The notes beneath the pieces are model-generated. The model was not told where the DNA came from. It did no database searches and saw only the letters and a program-made list of their open reading frames with translations. The position numbers and the translations under genes were made by a program. DNA of 64,000 nucleotides from a virus, in IMG/VR virus record IMGVR_UViG_3300005337_000003, positions 32,001-96,000 of that record. One strand, written 5' to 3'. The stretch's first letter is position 1. The number at the start of each line of letters is the position of its first letter. Below are positions 41,037 through 49,926 of this stretch, one piece after another.

Positions 41037-41229
41037 TCTCTAAAGCATCCTTCTGCATCTGCAGTAACTGCAAATACCTGATATTGTAATGCTCCCGGTT
41101 GTATCGGTGCTCCATTATTTTAGCCTTAGCCTCCCAGTATTTCTCCTCCAGTTGTAGACTGGGCAGTTCTTTTTCCAAGCCTGATAGGTATTTCTCCCGG
41201 GCCTTAGGATCTGGTTGTTGATTTTCCAT
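40975..41229 (-). CDS. Small coiled-coil protein, 84 aa
   Basis: First gene after a canonical promoter. Confidence 0.65.
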   Translation of the reverse strand: MENQQPDPKAREKYLSGLEKELPSLQLEEKYWEAKAKIMEHRYNREHYNIRYLQLLQMQKDALENAQKEQSTKEGKEETKSGTA

Positions 41230-41233
41230 AAGG

Positions 41234-41265
41234 CAAATATAATACCACTTTATTACTTATGCAAA
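41234..41265 (-). promoter_or_regulatory. Bacteroidota housekeeping-sigma promoter
   Basis: TTTG (41265-41262), 20-nt spacer, TATATTTG (41241-41234). Confidence 0.75.
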
Positions 41266-41272
41266 TAAAAGT

Positions 41273-41289
41273 TTTACTTTTTTAGTAAA
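41273..41289. promoter_or_regulatory. 17-bp palindromic operator-like site, copy 3
   Basis: Exact copy 7 nt upstream of the -33 box. Confidence 0.7.
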
Positions 41290-41317
41290 ATAGTATAAAT
41301 GTAATATTGCTAATCAA

Positions 41318-41350
41318 TAAAAACCCCAGGCACTTAATGACTGGGGCTTT
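41318..41350. terminator. Terminator of the lysis operon, possibly bidirectional
   Basis: CCCCAG/CTGGGG stem flanked by A and T runs. Confidence 0.6.
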
Positions 41351-41367
41351 TCGCGGGGTCTCAACTG

Positions 41368-41862
41368 TTAGTGTCTCCATAATTTCCAGGCTCCCAGGCC
41401 CAGGAGCACCAAGATAGCCAGTCTACCTGCATATAGCTGGAAAATCTCAAAATCAGTAATATGCCGCCTATCACACCTGGCTGGAACCTCCACCTCCCTG
41501 TAATGCTCGGGCACGGTTGTCGTAACTACCGCTTTGGTTTTAAGACTGTCCACTGGGGTTGCTATGGACAGGGATCCACCCTGTACAGAAATAGTAGCTG
41601 TCGAGCCTACAGATGTCTTAACTTCTTTCCTAAACTCCTGCCTAAGATGCCCAAACTCATCACAGAGTTCAGCGCAGGGATTAGGAATAAACTCCCGGAT
41701 TTTAATCGTGTCCTTGATCATTACCGGAATTTCCTGCTCCACAGTCCTAATAACAATACTATCTTTTGTCCTGACGGGGCACTTCAAGCATGGATCAATG
41801 GTCCTGCATGCACTAATTAATAGGATCAGAAGGCTTATCAAGCCTATTTGAATTTGTCTCAT
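41368..41862 (-). CDS. Putative unimolecular spanin, ~164 aa
   Basis: From ATG 41862: lipoprotein signal MRQIQIGLISLLILLISA|C, beta-rich middle, C-terminal TM helix (LAILVLLGLGAW) and basic tail; last gene of the lysis cassette. Confidence 0.6.
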   Translation of the reverse strand: MRQIQIGLISLLILLISACRTIDPCLKCPVRTKDSIVIRTVEQEIPVMIKDTIKIREFIPNPCAELCDEFGHLRQEFRKEVKTSVGSTATISVQGGSLSIATPVDSLKTKAVVTTTVPEHYREVEVPARCDRRHITDFEIFQLYAGRLAILVLLGLGAWKLWRH

Positions 41863-42100
41863 TTTGTTTGACTTTATCATTGTGTACCTGGCTGCTTCCA
41901 AAGTAAAATCCAACAATCAACATGGTAATGTTAGTCACACTATTAACTATGGTGATAGTGGTACTTTCGGTAGAGGCTGCCTGTTTAAAAAGCACCCAAT
42001 AGAATATACGAAAGGTAAAAAGGATAAACATCAGAGCTATTAAAGCTGTAATGTTCTCATTTAGCCATCCTTTTTTGGATTTTAATTTGTCTAAATTCAT
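41813..42100 (-). CDS. Holin, 95 aa
   Basis: Two TM segments, the second ending FYFGSS; adjacent to the endolysin. Confidence 0.7.
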   Translation of the reverse strand: MNLDKLKSKKGWLNENITALIALMFILFTFRIFYWVLFKQAASTESTTITIVNSVTNITMLIVGFYFGSSQVHNDKVKQNETNSNRLDKPSDPIN

Positions 42101-42645
42101 AAAGTTAAGACACCTTCAAGTTTTTCAATAATATGGGGCCGTATAAATATAGCACGCCTATATCTCCTATCAGCCCGCAACATAAACTCCCCTCCGTTAC
42201 TGTTATTCTTAAAAGAGGTATTACCCTCATAACAACAAAATAACTCAGTATTTATAGCTCCAGCAAATATTCCAGTGTGGTCAAATTTACCATCTCCCTC
42301 CCAATCAAAAATTGCAATGTCTCCCGGGAGGGGGTCGGTCACCTGACGTCCCCACGTTGGTAAATGAGAAACAGCATAAGGACAGTTCGCATAACCTCTG
42401 GTGTATCCTATATTACCCAAAGGAGCTCCTGCTTGTGCCATTATCCAAGATACAGCTGTAGCACACCACGGATATGTAGACCCCTGCTTATCGCCGTCAA
42501 ATACCTCACGACCATAAAACCAAGTATTGAACTTTACATTATTACTACCTGGCGGGTTCTCAAAAATACCCACCTGCTGTTTAGCCACTTCCAAGATCTT
42601 CCTGCGTATGGGACTTAAAGTGCTTACATCCAACCTGGCCTCCAT
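42097..42645 (-). CDS. CHAP-domain endolysin, 182 aa
   Basis: PWCATAVSW (catalytic Cys), PGDIAIFDW...HTGI (catalytic His), EGNT. Confidence 0.9.
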   Translation of the reverse strand: MEARLDVSTLSPIRRKILEVAKQQVGIFENPPGSNNVKFNTWFYGREVFDGDKQGSTYPWCATAVSWIMAQAGAPLGNIGYTRGYANCPYAVSHLPTWGRQVTDPLPGDIAIFDWEGDGKFDHTGIFAGAINTELFCCYEGNTSFKNNSNGGEFMLRADRRYRRAIFIRPHIIEKLEGVLTL

Positions 42646-42648
42646 AAT

Positions 42649-42987
42649 CTATTTATTTTTATTCTTCAGATAATTCAAAATGTACTCAAGTAAATCATCC
42701 ACCCTTAAAGTATATACCAGCCAATTTCCTACCTTTTCTCCCACTATGGTAATAGCTCCTATCACAATTGGGGAAACAGCATCGTCGAAAGATCGGAGCA
42801 CCCACTTTCCTGACAAGAAAGCTGATCCCACTCCAATAACGAAAGAAAGTATAATGTTAAGCATAGATACTTTTTCTTTCTTCATTTGGATTGCTATCTT
42901 AACGCTCATAGCCACGCAGGCCACCAGTACCACCTTTACTAGGAAGTTCAGCCATTCGTTGGGAATATTCTTAAGTTTTTCTAACAT
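42649..42987 (-). CDS. Holin-like membrane protein, 112 aa
   Basis: Three hydrophobic segments and a basic C-terminus; upstream of the endolysin. Confidence 0.55.
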   Translation of the reverse strand: MLEKLKNIPNEWLNFLVKVVLVACVAMSVKIAIQMKKEKVSMLNIILSFVIGVGSAFLSGKWVLRSFDDAVSPIVIGAITIVGEKVGNWLVYTLRVDDLLEYILNYLKNKNK

Positions 42988-43462
42988 CTAGTACTCTGAG
43001 ATTATATAAAAAAGTAATAAAAACAATTCCAATAACGACCCAATCATTCCATGTGAATACAGTAATGTCAAACCATACCCTATCCACAAAATCTCCTACA
43101 GCAAACTCAATAGCTACATTCAGAAAAAGCGAAGAATAAACACTCACTTCCACTGGAATCTCTCGTAAAAAATTAATCTTTCTTATACCTAACATTAATG
43201 TAAGTAAAAATAGAATAGAATTTATCCGAGTTCTGGTCTTCCACCAAACTTCAAGGGCCTGAGCCCTGTCATTGTTTTCAGATTCTACCCACTTGAATAA
43301 TCCCTTTACTCCGATATTTTTATGACTATCGGAGTATTCGATAAATTCAGACCCAAGGACATTAGTTCCGTTTGGCAAATAAATAAGCGTACAAACATGC
43401 GAATGAGTAGTAAAAATCAAAGGCACGAGTACGCTTATAAATAGGTGGATCCTCTTAACCAC
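42971..43462 (-). CDS. Multi-pass membrane protein, 163 aa
   Basis: About four hydrophobic segments. Confidence 0.55.
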   Translation of the reverse strand: MVKRIHLFISVLVPLIFTTHSHVCTLIYLPNGTNVLGSEFIEYSDSHKNIGVKGLFKWVESENNDRAQALEVWWKTRTRINSILFLLTLMLGIRKINFLREIPVEVSVYSSLFLNVAIEFAVGDFVDRVWFDITVFTWNDWVVIGIVFITFLYNLRVLDVRKT

Positions 43463-43721
43463 GGGTTTTAGGATAGGGCTGGTCTGGGTTTACTGTATAG
43501 CTGACTGCGTATACGTCCTCTCCGAAAGATTCCTGGTCGGATATTTGGCTACAGTCCCAATAAAGATCATTAAGGTGATCTAGGGCTTCCTCTTTTTCTC
43601 CCTGTGTAGACTGGTCATCTGAAAGTACAGCTATTGCAGATTCTCCTGTACCTTTTTCGGGTCCAGAAGTCCAGCCTGATATTTCAGAGCTTAAATTTGA
43701 TAATGCTTCTTCGTAAGTCAT
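43455..43721 (-). CDS. Small acidic protein, 88 aa
   Basis: In-operon ORF. Confidence 0.55.
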   Translation of the reverse strand: MTYEEALSNLSSEISGWTSGPEKGTGESAIAVLSDDQSTQGEKEEALDHLNDLYWDCSQISDQESFGEDVYAVSYTVNPDQPYPKTRG

Positions 43722-43735
43722 GTTTTATTTTTGTT

Positions 43736-44164
43736 TTAGGTTAATTGTAAATCTATTTTATCCCATTCTAGTTGTCCCTCGTTCCAGACATAATAACTTC
43801 CATCCGAAGGGTAATCTAATGGAGGTTTCCATATCGCCAAATGCTCGTCAAACAACCACGAATTATATGGCTGAACTGGCGCGAATGCCTGTAGGCTCTC
43901 AATCCACCATCCCCCACTAGCTGCATAGTTCTTTCTAAACCCTTTGCTTCTTGCGTTTTTAGAAGTCTGGCGATATATGAAACGGTTGTTAGGAAAGTTT
44001 TTAGCTCCCCATGATTGCAAAAAAGCAATTCCCCTTGCCTCCAGCTCTTCTCCTCCCTCGCAAAGCCTGGAATCTGACACTCTAATCACATGAACCACAT
44101 ACATTCCTGTATGCTGTCCGCAAGGCATGGTCTGCTGTGTATCTATAATTGCAAAATGTGCCAT
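43736..44164 (-). CDS. Tail-fibre-associated protein (MAHFA family), 142 aa
   Basis: MAHFA...QTS...RKNYA...PVQPYNSW...WKPP..YP.DG..Y.W.E pattern common next to Gly-rich fibre genes in aquatic phages. Confidence 0.65.
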   Translation of the reverse strand: MAHFAIIDTQQTMPCGQHTGMYVVHVIRVSDSRLCEGGEELEARGIAFLQSWGAKNFPNNRFIYRQTSKNARSKGFRKNYAASGGWWIESLQAFAPVQPYNSWLFDEHLAIWKPPLDYPSDGSYYVWNEGQLEWDKIDLQLT

Positions 44165-44185
44165 AGGCTATAATACATAGTCAAT

Positions 44186-45472
44186 TTAGGATGGATTAAA
44201 ATATCTAATGACGTTCTTACCAGAGCCGCCGTCGCCTCCTTTCACACCAACTCCGCCATCTCCTCCACAGCCACCACCTCCGCCGCCAGTATTAGGCAAA
44301 CCATCATTTCCTGAAAAAAGAACATTCGAACCATCTCCTCCTCCGCCTAATCCACCCGAACCTGGGGTGCCTATACGTACCGCCCCGCCTCCTCCGCCTC
44401 CATAATTACGGATAGTTCCTGTAATTCCGCTACTTATACCATCCCCTCCATTAGAATTGGAAAAGCCACTTGACCCCGGCGTATCCGAACCACCTCCACC
44501 TCCGGCATGCCATGTCCCATTATCAGTACCGTCTCCTCCCTTATTCCCCTGCCCGGCAACGCCGTTACCTGCAATCGCTGGAAGGCCTCCGGAAATAGAA
44601 CCGCCTCCACCTCCACTACCGCCATCTGATCCGTTCGCATTAGTATTTGACTGACTAAAGGGTGCTCCTCCGGCACCCCCACCTTTAGCTACGATTGCTC
44701 CAAAAAAGCTATCTCCTCCATTGCTTGCAGGCGCAGCTCCTAAGCTTCCCTCAGCTGCTCCGATTCCTCCAGAACCGCCTGCTCCTACCATAACCGGGTA
44801 AGTTTGGGCTGTAACAACCAAGGTACCGGGCAAACTACCTCCACCGCCGCCCCCGCCTCCGGCAACTGATAGCCAACCAGGGCCGCCTCCACCGCCGCCT
44901 GCCTGTACTAAGTACTCAACCTCGTTATATGGTGCTATTCCTGGATAAATAACTTCAAAATCATCCGAATCGTTATATTCATGAACTGTATAATCTCCAT
45001 CCTGTGTGCGGGTTCCTCCTGTAGCTACAATGTATAATCCGAAATCTACCTCTCCAAATACTTGAATAACAAAAGGACTTGCTACACCTCCAGATAAAGT
45101 AAGAGTCTCACTAAAGTAATCTCCTCTAGGCAAACCAGCCTTAAGCCGTACCGCATATATTAATCCAGTAGTTAAGGATCCACCAGTATAGACAATACTA
45201 AAAGAAGTCGAGCGCCAGATAGTTCCATCAAATACCTCAATATTGGAGGATGGGGTTACTGTTATGTTGCCTGCGGCCGGAGTAAGACCGTCGCCTAATA
45301 TTTGGAAATTTTGAGAAGCTGCTGATGGTCCTAATCCCTGCTGATAGTCGAGACCTATTATAAGCCGGAGTACACTATTGTCGAAAGCAATTAAATAAGG
45401 GGGGGCCGGGAGGGAAGAATCCGCCCCTCCCTGAGCAAAAAAGGGAGATATAGCTATTACCCGAGATCTCAT
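44186..45472 (-). CDS. Glycine-rich tail-fibre-like protein, 428 aa
   Basis: ATGG...YTVHEY...VEYLVQAGGGGGG...AKGGGAGG...ANTGGGGGG-type...GGSGxxVIRY domain. Confidence 0.75.
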   Translation of the reverse strand: MRSRVIAISPFFAQGGADSSLPAPPYLIAFDNSVLRLIIGLDYQQGLGPSAASQNFQILGDGLTPAAGNITVTPSSNIEVFDGTIWRSTSFSIVYTGGSLTTGLIYAVRLKAGLPRGDYFSETLTLSGGVASPFVIQVFGEVDFGLYIVATGGTRTQDGDYTVHEYNDSDDFEVIYPGIAPYNEVEYLVQAGGGGGGPGWLSVAGGGGGGGGSLPGTLVVTAQTYPVMVGAGGSGGIGAAEGSLGAAPASNGGDSFFGAIVAKGGGAGGAPFSQSNTNANGSDGGSGGGGGSISGGLPAIAGNGVAGQGNKGGDGTDNGTWHAGGGGGSDTPGSSGFSNSNGGDGISSGITGTIRNYGGGGGGAVRIGTPGSGGLGGGGDGSNVLFSGNDGLPNTGGGGGGCGGDGGVGVKGGDGGSGKNVIRYFNPS

Positions 45473-45831
45473 TTTATTTTATAAAAATTGATGCTGCCAC
45501 TCATTAGTTGAATATTGGTAGCTAACATATCCATGGGGATTACATAGAGTATCCGGGCCTTCAGTACGTGCCCAGTTAATCCCATTATGCCTAATAGGTC
45601 AGTAGTTGTGTCTTGTGGAATTCCTCCGGATAAAACAGATATCACCGAGTCTGCCTCAGGCACAAAGGCATAATAATTCTTCCCTATGTGTAGTGTTGTG
45701 TCGGATATTACCTCCGATCCTCCCCTTGCTGTAAGTCTCTCCAGCTGAATACGCATGAGGTCTACCATGGCTTTCTGGTAGGGGGTGTTGGTCGTGCCTT
45801 GGCCGCTGTATGGGGTATTACCGATTGACAT
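45469..45831 (-). CDS. Hypothetical virion protein, 120 aa
   Basis: In-operon ORF with ATGA coupling. Confidence 0.6.
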   Translation of the reverse strand: MSIGNTPYSGQGTTNTPYQKAMVDLMRIQLERLTARGGSEVISDTTLHIGKNYYAFVPEADSVISVLSGGIPQDTTTDLLGIMGLTGHVLKARILYVIPMDMLATNIQLMSGSINFYKIK

Positions 45832-45857
45832 GAGAATATATTTTTAAGAGTGTTTGA

Positions 45858-47606
45858 TTACCTGGTTACTTCCTGCCCTCCTACATAAGAAACCGTAGCT
45901 GTCCCGGTTGTTGCATATCTTATTCGCACATTAGCTCCGGCAGGTATCCAAGATACTATCTGTCCCGTTTGTCCCACCGTAAGTTGCAGTGTCACTGTTA
46001 CGCCGACACCACTTGATGATCCAAAAGGCTGCAGACTGGCCCAACTGGAACCCCCATTAGTGGAATATTCCAAAAATACAGTGGCAGCAGAAGTTCCGAC
46101 TAACAACGGGTTAGTAGTACTGCAGGTCACAAAGTAGGATACAAATGCAGGCTTCGTAGATATTGTAAATCCTGTAGAGGATGTGCTGGTGGTTACAGAC
46201 CTGGCTGGATTATTAGTAATACTCGGCGCAGCTAATGATATTGTATAATTCGGATAACTTCCTGTTATCACAATGCCGTCTCCTGCTGTTAAGCTTATGG
46301 CCGGGGCCGGAATAATTACAGAATTCCCACCACTAATCGCCAAAGTATTACCGTTAGTGGCTGAATTTGTAGTTAAGGATAAAGTCTGCAACTCGTTAGT
46401 TATACTACCATCTACTTCCGCCTGGAGGGGTATATAGCCTATGGCTGTTGTAACCTGAGCGGTTGTAGGCGTATAAGTGATCGGCTTGTAATTAGCATCA
46501 CTCTGTGCTTTAGTATAATAATTACTCAAATCTGTAGTAGGCAGCGTCACTGTGCCGCCTCCCAGGCTTAGCTGCAATGATCCTGAATTCAAGGATAAAG
46601 ACTGCAATTCATTCGAAATATTACCATCTACCTCGACCTGTAAAGGTACATAATTCAAAGCCGTAGTCACTTGCTGAGAAGTGAGTGCGGCTGTCTGTGT
46701 TGGTATAACGAAAGAACCTCCGCCAACACTCAAGGATACAGTCTGCCCGGTTATAGAAATAGCTTGTATCTCATTTGTTGGATTCCCATCAACCTCCGCA
46801 GTTAAAAATCCGCTCGGGTTACCACTCAGCGGGTAGCCATCAGTTATACCATATCCTGCCAGTGTAGTTGGCTTTCCCGTCAAAGAACTGAATGCTTGGG
46901 CTGGAATAGCTACCGAATTGCCTCCGGCTGCATATATAGAATTACCTGCTACTCCTAGTGTCGGGGAGTATGCAGAAATGAAATTAAGGGGATTTGAATA
47001 AGGATAGGGCGTATAGGTTAAGGCGCCATTAATATCAGCAGCAGTGACACCCGTAATGTATCCTGCATTGTTAGTCCACTGTGTAATGTTGCCTGATTTA
47101 TTAGTGAACGTCATGACATTGTTGCTTGTGGCATACCCTGCAAGCGCGTGGTTTCCCCAACCAAAAGCTGAGTCCCAGTTACCTATACGTACTGCTGTAA
47201 CGCTGCTGGCTGCAGATGCAGTAAATACAGGGTCAACTTCAGAGGATATGTAACCTGCGGGATTGGCCGCCGAGTAAGGAGTATAACTCAGTGCGGAGAT
47301 TATGGCGGCTGCTGTAAGAGAGACGCCTGGGGATCCTACTAGAAGCTTGCCTCGGCTATCAACACCTAGTACTCTACTAATAGTACCGTCACTTCGAGTA
47401 GAATCATAAGACAAAAAATGGACTCGATTAGCTTTCCACTTAGCAAAAGTAGAATCCAAAGCGCTCATGGTCCAGTTATCGCTATCCAGCATATACCACT
47501 GGTAGGTTGCGTCTGGAAGGTTGATACGGGCATACATATATTGGGCCCTGGCCGCCAGGGGAATACCCAATACAAGCAAAATAATGACTATTTTTAAAAT
47601 CAGCAT
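45858..47606 (-). CDS. Fibre-like repeat protein with an apparent Sec signal peptide, 582 aa
   Basis: MLILKIVIILLVLGIPLAARA|Q; AL(S/T/N)Y(T/V)P repeats, EVDGxxxNE(I/L)Q repeats three times, TTLAGYGITD fibre motif. Confidence 0.7.
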   Translation of the reverse strand: MLILKIVIILLVLGIPLAARAQYMYARINLPDATYQWYMLDSDNWTMSALDSTFAKWKANRVHFLSYDSTRSDGTISRVLGVDSRGKLLVGSPGVSLTAAAIISALSYTPYSAANPAGYISSEVDPVFTASAASSVTAVRIGNWDSAFGWGNHALAGYATSNNVMTFTNKSGNITQWTNNAGYITGVTAADINGALTYTPYPYSNPLNFISAYSPTLGVAGNSIYAAGGNSVAIPAQAFSSLTGKPTTLAGYGITDGYPLSGNPSGFLTAEVDGNPTNEIQAISITGQTVSLSVGGGSFVIPTQTAALTSQQVTTALNYVPLQVEVDGNISNELQSLSLNSGSLQLSLGGGTVTLPTTDLSNYYTKAQSDANYKPITYTPTTAQVTTAIGYIPLQAEVDGSITNELQTLSLTTNSATNGNTLAISGGNSVIIPAPAISLTAGDGIVITGSYPNYTISLAAPSITNNPARSVTTSTSSTGFTISTKPAFVSYFVTCSTTNPLLVGTSAATVFLEYSTNGGSSWASLQPFGSSSGVGVTVTLQLTVGQTGQIVSWIPAGANVRIRYATTGTATVSYVGGQEVTR

Positions 47607-47626
47607 ACCATTTAAATCTAAAGAAA

Positions 47627-47980
47627 TTAAAGGATCTGAGGCATCAGCTTGATAGTATAGCTGGCAGAAGGCAGATTAACAGAGGAAGCTGAATAATTAT
47701 TCAATCTCACTGTTATCACTCCGTCAACTGCCACATAGCCATCAAAGAAAATATTAGCTGTTTTAACAGCTGGAATAATCTCTACTAAATCTTTAGTTGT
47801 AGCCGAGGGTTCCGATACGGTCAACACAGAACTGGTCTGTGGCAGTGTATTGGCAAAATTCAAAGCGGCAGAAACGGTCTTCACTGCAACAAACGGGGAT
47901 AACGTGTCTCCGCCCTTGGCGTGAATTAGTCCCTTCCAGTTTGATGATAGAGGTGTGGTGACTTGGGGAGCATAAATCAT
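47627..47980 (-). CDS. Small beta-rich virion protein, ~117 aa
   Basis: ATG 47980 follows an ACACACAAC leader; the track start 48031 is probably too long. Confidence 0.6.
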   Translation of the reverse strand: MIYAPQVTTPLSSNWKGLIHAKGGDTLSPFVAVKTVSAALNFANTLPQTSSVLTVSEPSATTKDLVEIIPAVKTANIFFDGYVAVDGVITVRLNNYSASSVNLPSASYTIKLMPQIL

Positions 47981-48067
47981 GTTGTGTGTTTTTTTTGTGT
48001 GTAGTACAAAAATAACACAATTTGCTCCCATAAAGTAAAAAAGGCTAATAAATTTGTTAAAAAGGTA

Positions 48068-49726
48068 TCACAAACGAGACAATCCACTCCGTATGATCAG
48101 CTCATATAGTTCAGAGGCCCAATTCGAAGCCGAAAACTTGTCCCAGGCCAACTTAAATCCATTCTCAGCTATACTATTGCGTACGTCTGGATTTCTATAC
48201 AAAAAGTCAAGGGCTTGGGTCAATTCGTATTTGTTCCTGTAGTAAACACAATGATACATGTCCATGAAATACTTTTCGATACCTGGAAATACCCGCATAA
48301 GGGCACAACTGCCGGCAGCCATGGCTCCCAGGTTACGAGGAGTAAAATAATCCTCTACATCCCAATAATTATTCTCACAAATTACCGCATACGATTCATT
48401 ATATAATTTGGGGGTTTCACGAACGGGTAATACACCATTAACAAATCCTGATCCATAAAAAACAACCTGAGTCGGGTAATTAGCCTTCACCAACTCATAA
48501 ATTTCCTTACGACTCTCACCTCCAGGAAGATGGCTGTAGAGGTTGCCTGCGTATGCTATTTTACCCTCTTGCAGCTGTTGATTGGGTAAAAACCTCCAAC
48601 TCTGGATAGGCTCCCATATAAATTCGCATGGCTTGTTCAGGATTCTTCGATATACCTGGCGTTGTTCCCCGCTGAAGGGCACCAGGTAGAGATCCACTAT
48701 CGGTTGGAATTCAATAAAGCTTTGGGATGGGAAAGGGGAATAATCGCCGGTCCACATAACAAAAGAGGCGCCGGTTTGTTCCTTTAGGATACGACAGTGC
48801 TCCATGTACATAGATGCCTGGTATAGTATCGTATGGGGCTTAAAATCAATTGCCTTCTGTAGGTCACCATCAAACAGGAACACATTATACTTTTCCGATA
48901 AGGCCCGGCTCAAATCCCCAAAATATCCATCATCCGAAATATGCAACTGGTAGTCCATGGGGATCCATAAAAGATTCTGCCGTACTTCCTGTTCCGGAAT
49001 CGCCGTGTAATTAAAGCGCGGGTGATCCTTAAGGTAATCAGGCATCTGTAATTTATCATAAACCATAGGCTCTCCCCATAAGTCAGGATATACCGGATGC
49101 AGATCCGTATCTTCATTTCCGGGAGTCCAGGCCAGATATTTAGACATATAATTCTTACGTATCTCGGAACTATGAGAGAAAGTGCTCAACTTGTATCGGA
49201 TAGTCTTCAGGCTTTGTGCCCAGCCAAAATGAAGCACTGTACCACTCAACAACTCTGTGTCGTCTGCCATAGCTACTACACGTTCCAATCTTACCGGGTG
49301 CTGATCATCCGCGTAGTAATGCTCCCAATCTCTAAAAAAATGCATGAACCCGGCCACTTTATAATACCGAGCCTGCTTAGATTCCAATTGCTCCAGCAGT
49401 TTTTTGGGTTCCAAATATATCTCATCGGCATCGATACGGAATATCACATCGAAGTCGGCAGAATGTTTATACCTCTCACTTATATGCTCTGCTTCCGAAC
49501 CAAACCGATCGTGGGCCTCCCAAATCAGCTTATGGCCTAGAACTTCTGAAGCGATCTTAAATATTTGAGCTTCCGTATCAGGACAAGTGAGGTTAGCCGA
49601 AAACCCAAAGGATGGCTGACGACTATAAGCAATGTGGAATTTATCAACCACACCGTAAACGCTGATTAATGCCTCTCTTAAAAGTTCAGCTCCGTAATGA
49701 ATGGCACAAAACCCAAGTACTTTCAT
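48068..49726 (-). CDS. Two-domain glycosyltransferase (GT-A-like plus CgeB/GT-B-like), 552 aa
   Basis: FRIDADE (DxD); C-terminal IAYAG...LYNESYAVI...PRNLGAMAAG...YFMDMYHCVYY...ELTQALDFL pattern. Confidence 0.8.
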   Translation of the reverse strand: MKVLGFCAIHYGAELLREALISVYGVVDKFHIAYSRQPSFGFSANLTCPDTEAQIFKIASEVLGHKLIWEAHDRFGSEAEHISERYKHSADFDVIFRIDADEIYLEPKKLLEQLESKQARYYKVAGFMHFFRDWEHYYADDQHPVRLERVVAMADDTELLSGTVLHFGWAQSLKTIRYKLSTFSHSSEIRKNYMSKYLAWTPGNEDTDLHPVYPDLWGEPMVYDKLQMPDYLKDHPRFNYTAIPEQEVRQNLLWIPMDYQLHISDDGYFGDLSRALSEKYNVFLFDGDLQKAIDFKPHTILYQASMYMEHCRILKEQTGASFVMWTGDYSPFPSQSFIEFQPIVDLYLVPFSGEQRQVYRRILNKPCEFIWEPIQSWRFLPNQQLQEGKIAYAGNLYSHLPGGESRKEIYELVKANYPTQVVFYGSGFVNGVLPVRETPKLYNESYAVICENNYWDVEDYFTPRNLGAMAAGSCALMRVFPGIEKYFMDMYHCVYYRNKYELTQALDFLYRNPDVRNSIAENGFKLAWDKFSASNWASELYELIIRSGLSRL

Positions 49727-49926
49727 TCTTTTTTGCCTTGTGATTTATAAAATGTATCTGCGGTGTATAAGGCGCGAGTGATCAACTCGTCAGCTATGGA
49801 AATATTTTTAGAGGTGGCTGTCTCAGAAATAGAAGCGTAAGCCATTCCGTTTCCATATACTCCGTTCAACATAGCTATCAATACCTTAATAGCCAGTTCT
49901 TCCTTTTTTTCTGATAATTCACTCAT
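49723..49926 (-). CDS. Hypothetical protein, 67 aa
   Basis: ATGA-coupled on both sides. Confidence 0.6.
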   Translation of the reverse strand: MSELSEKKEELAIKVLIAMLNGVYGNGMAYASISETATSKNISIADELITRALYTADTFYKSQGKKE

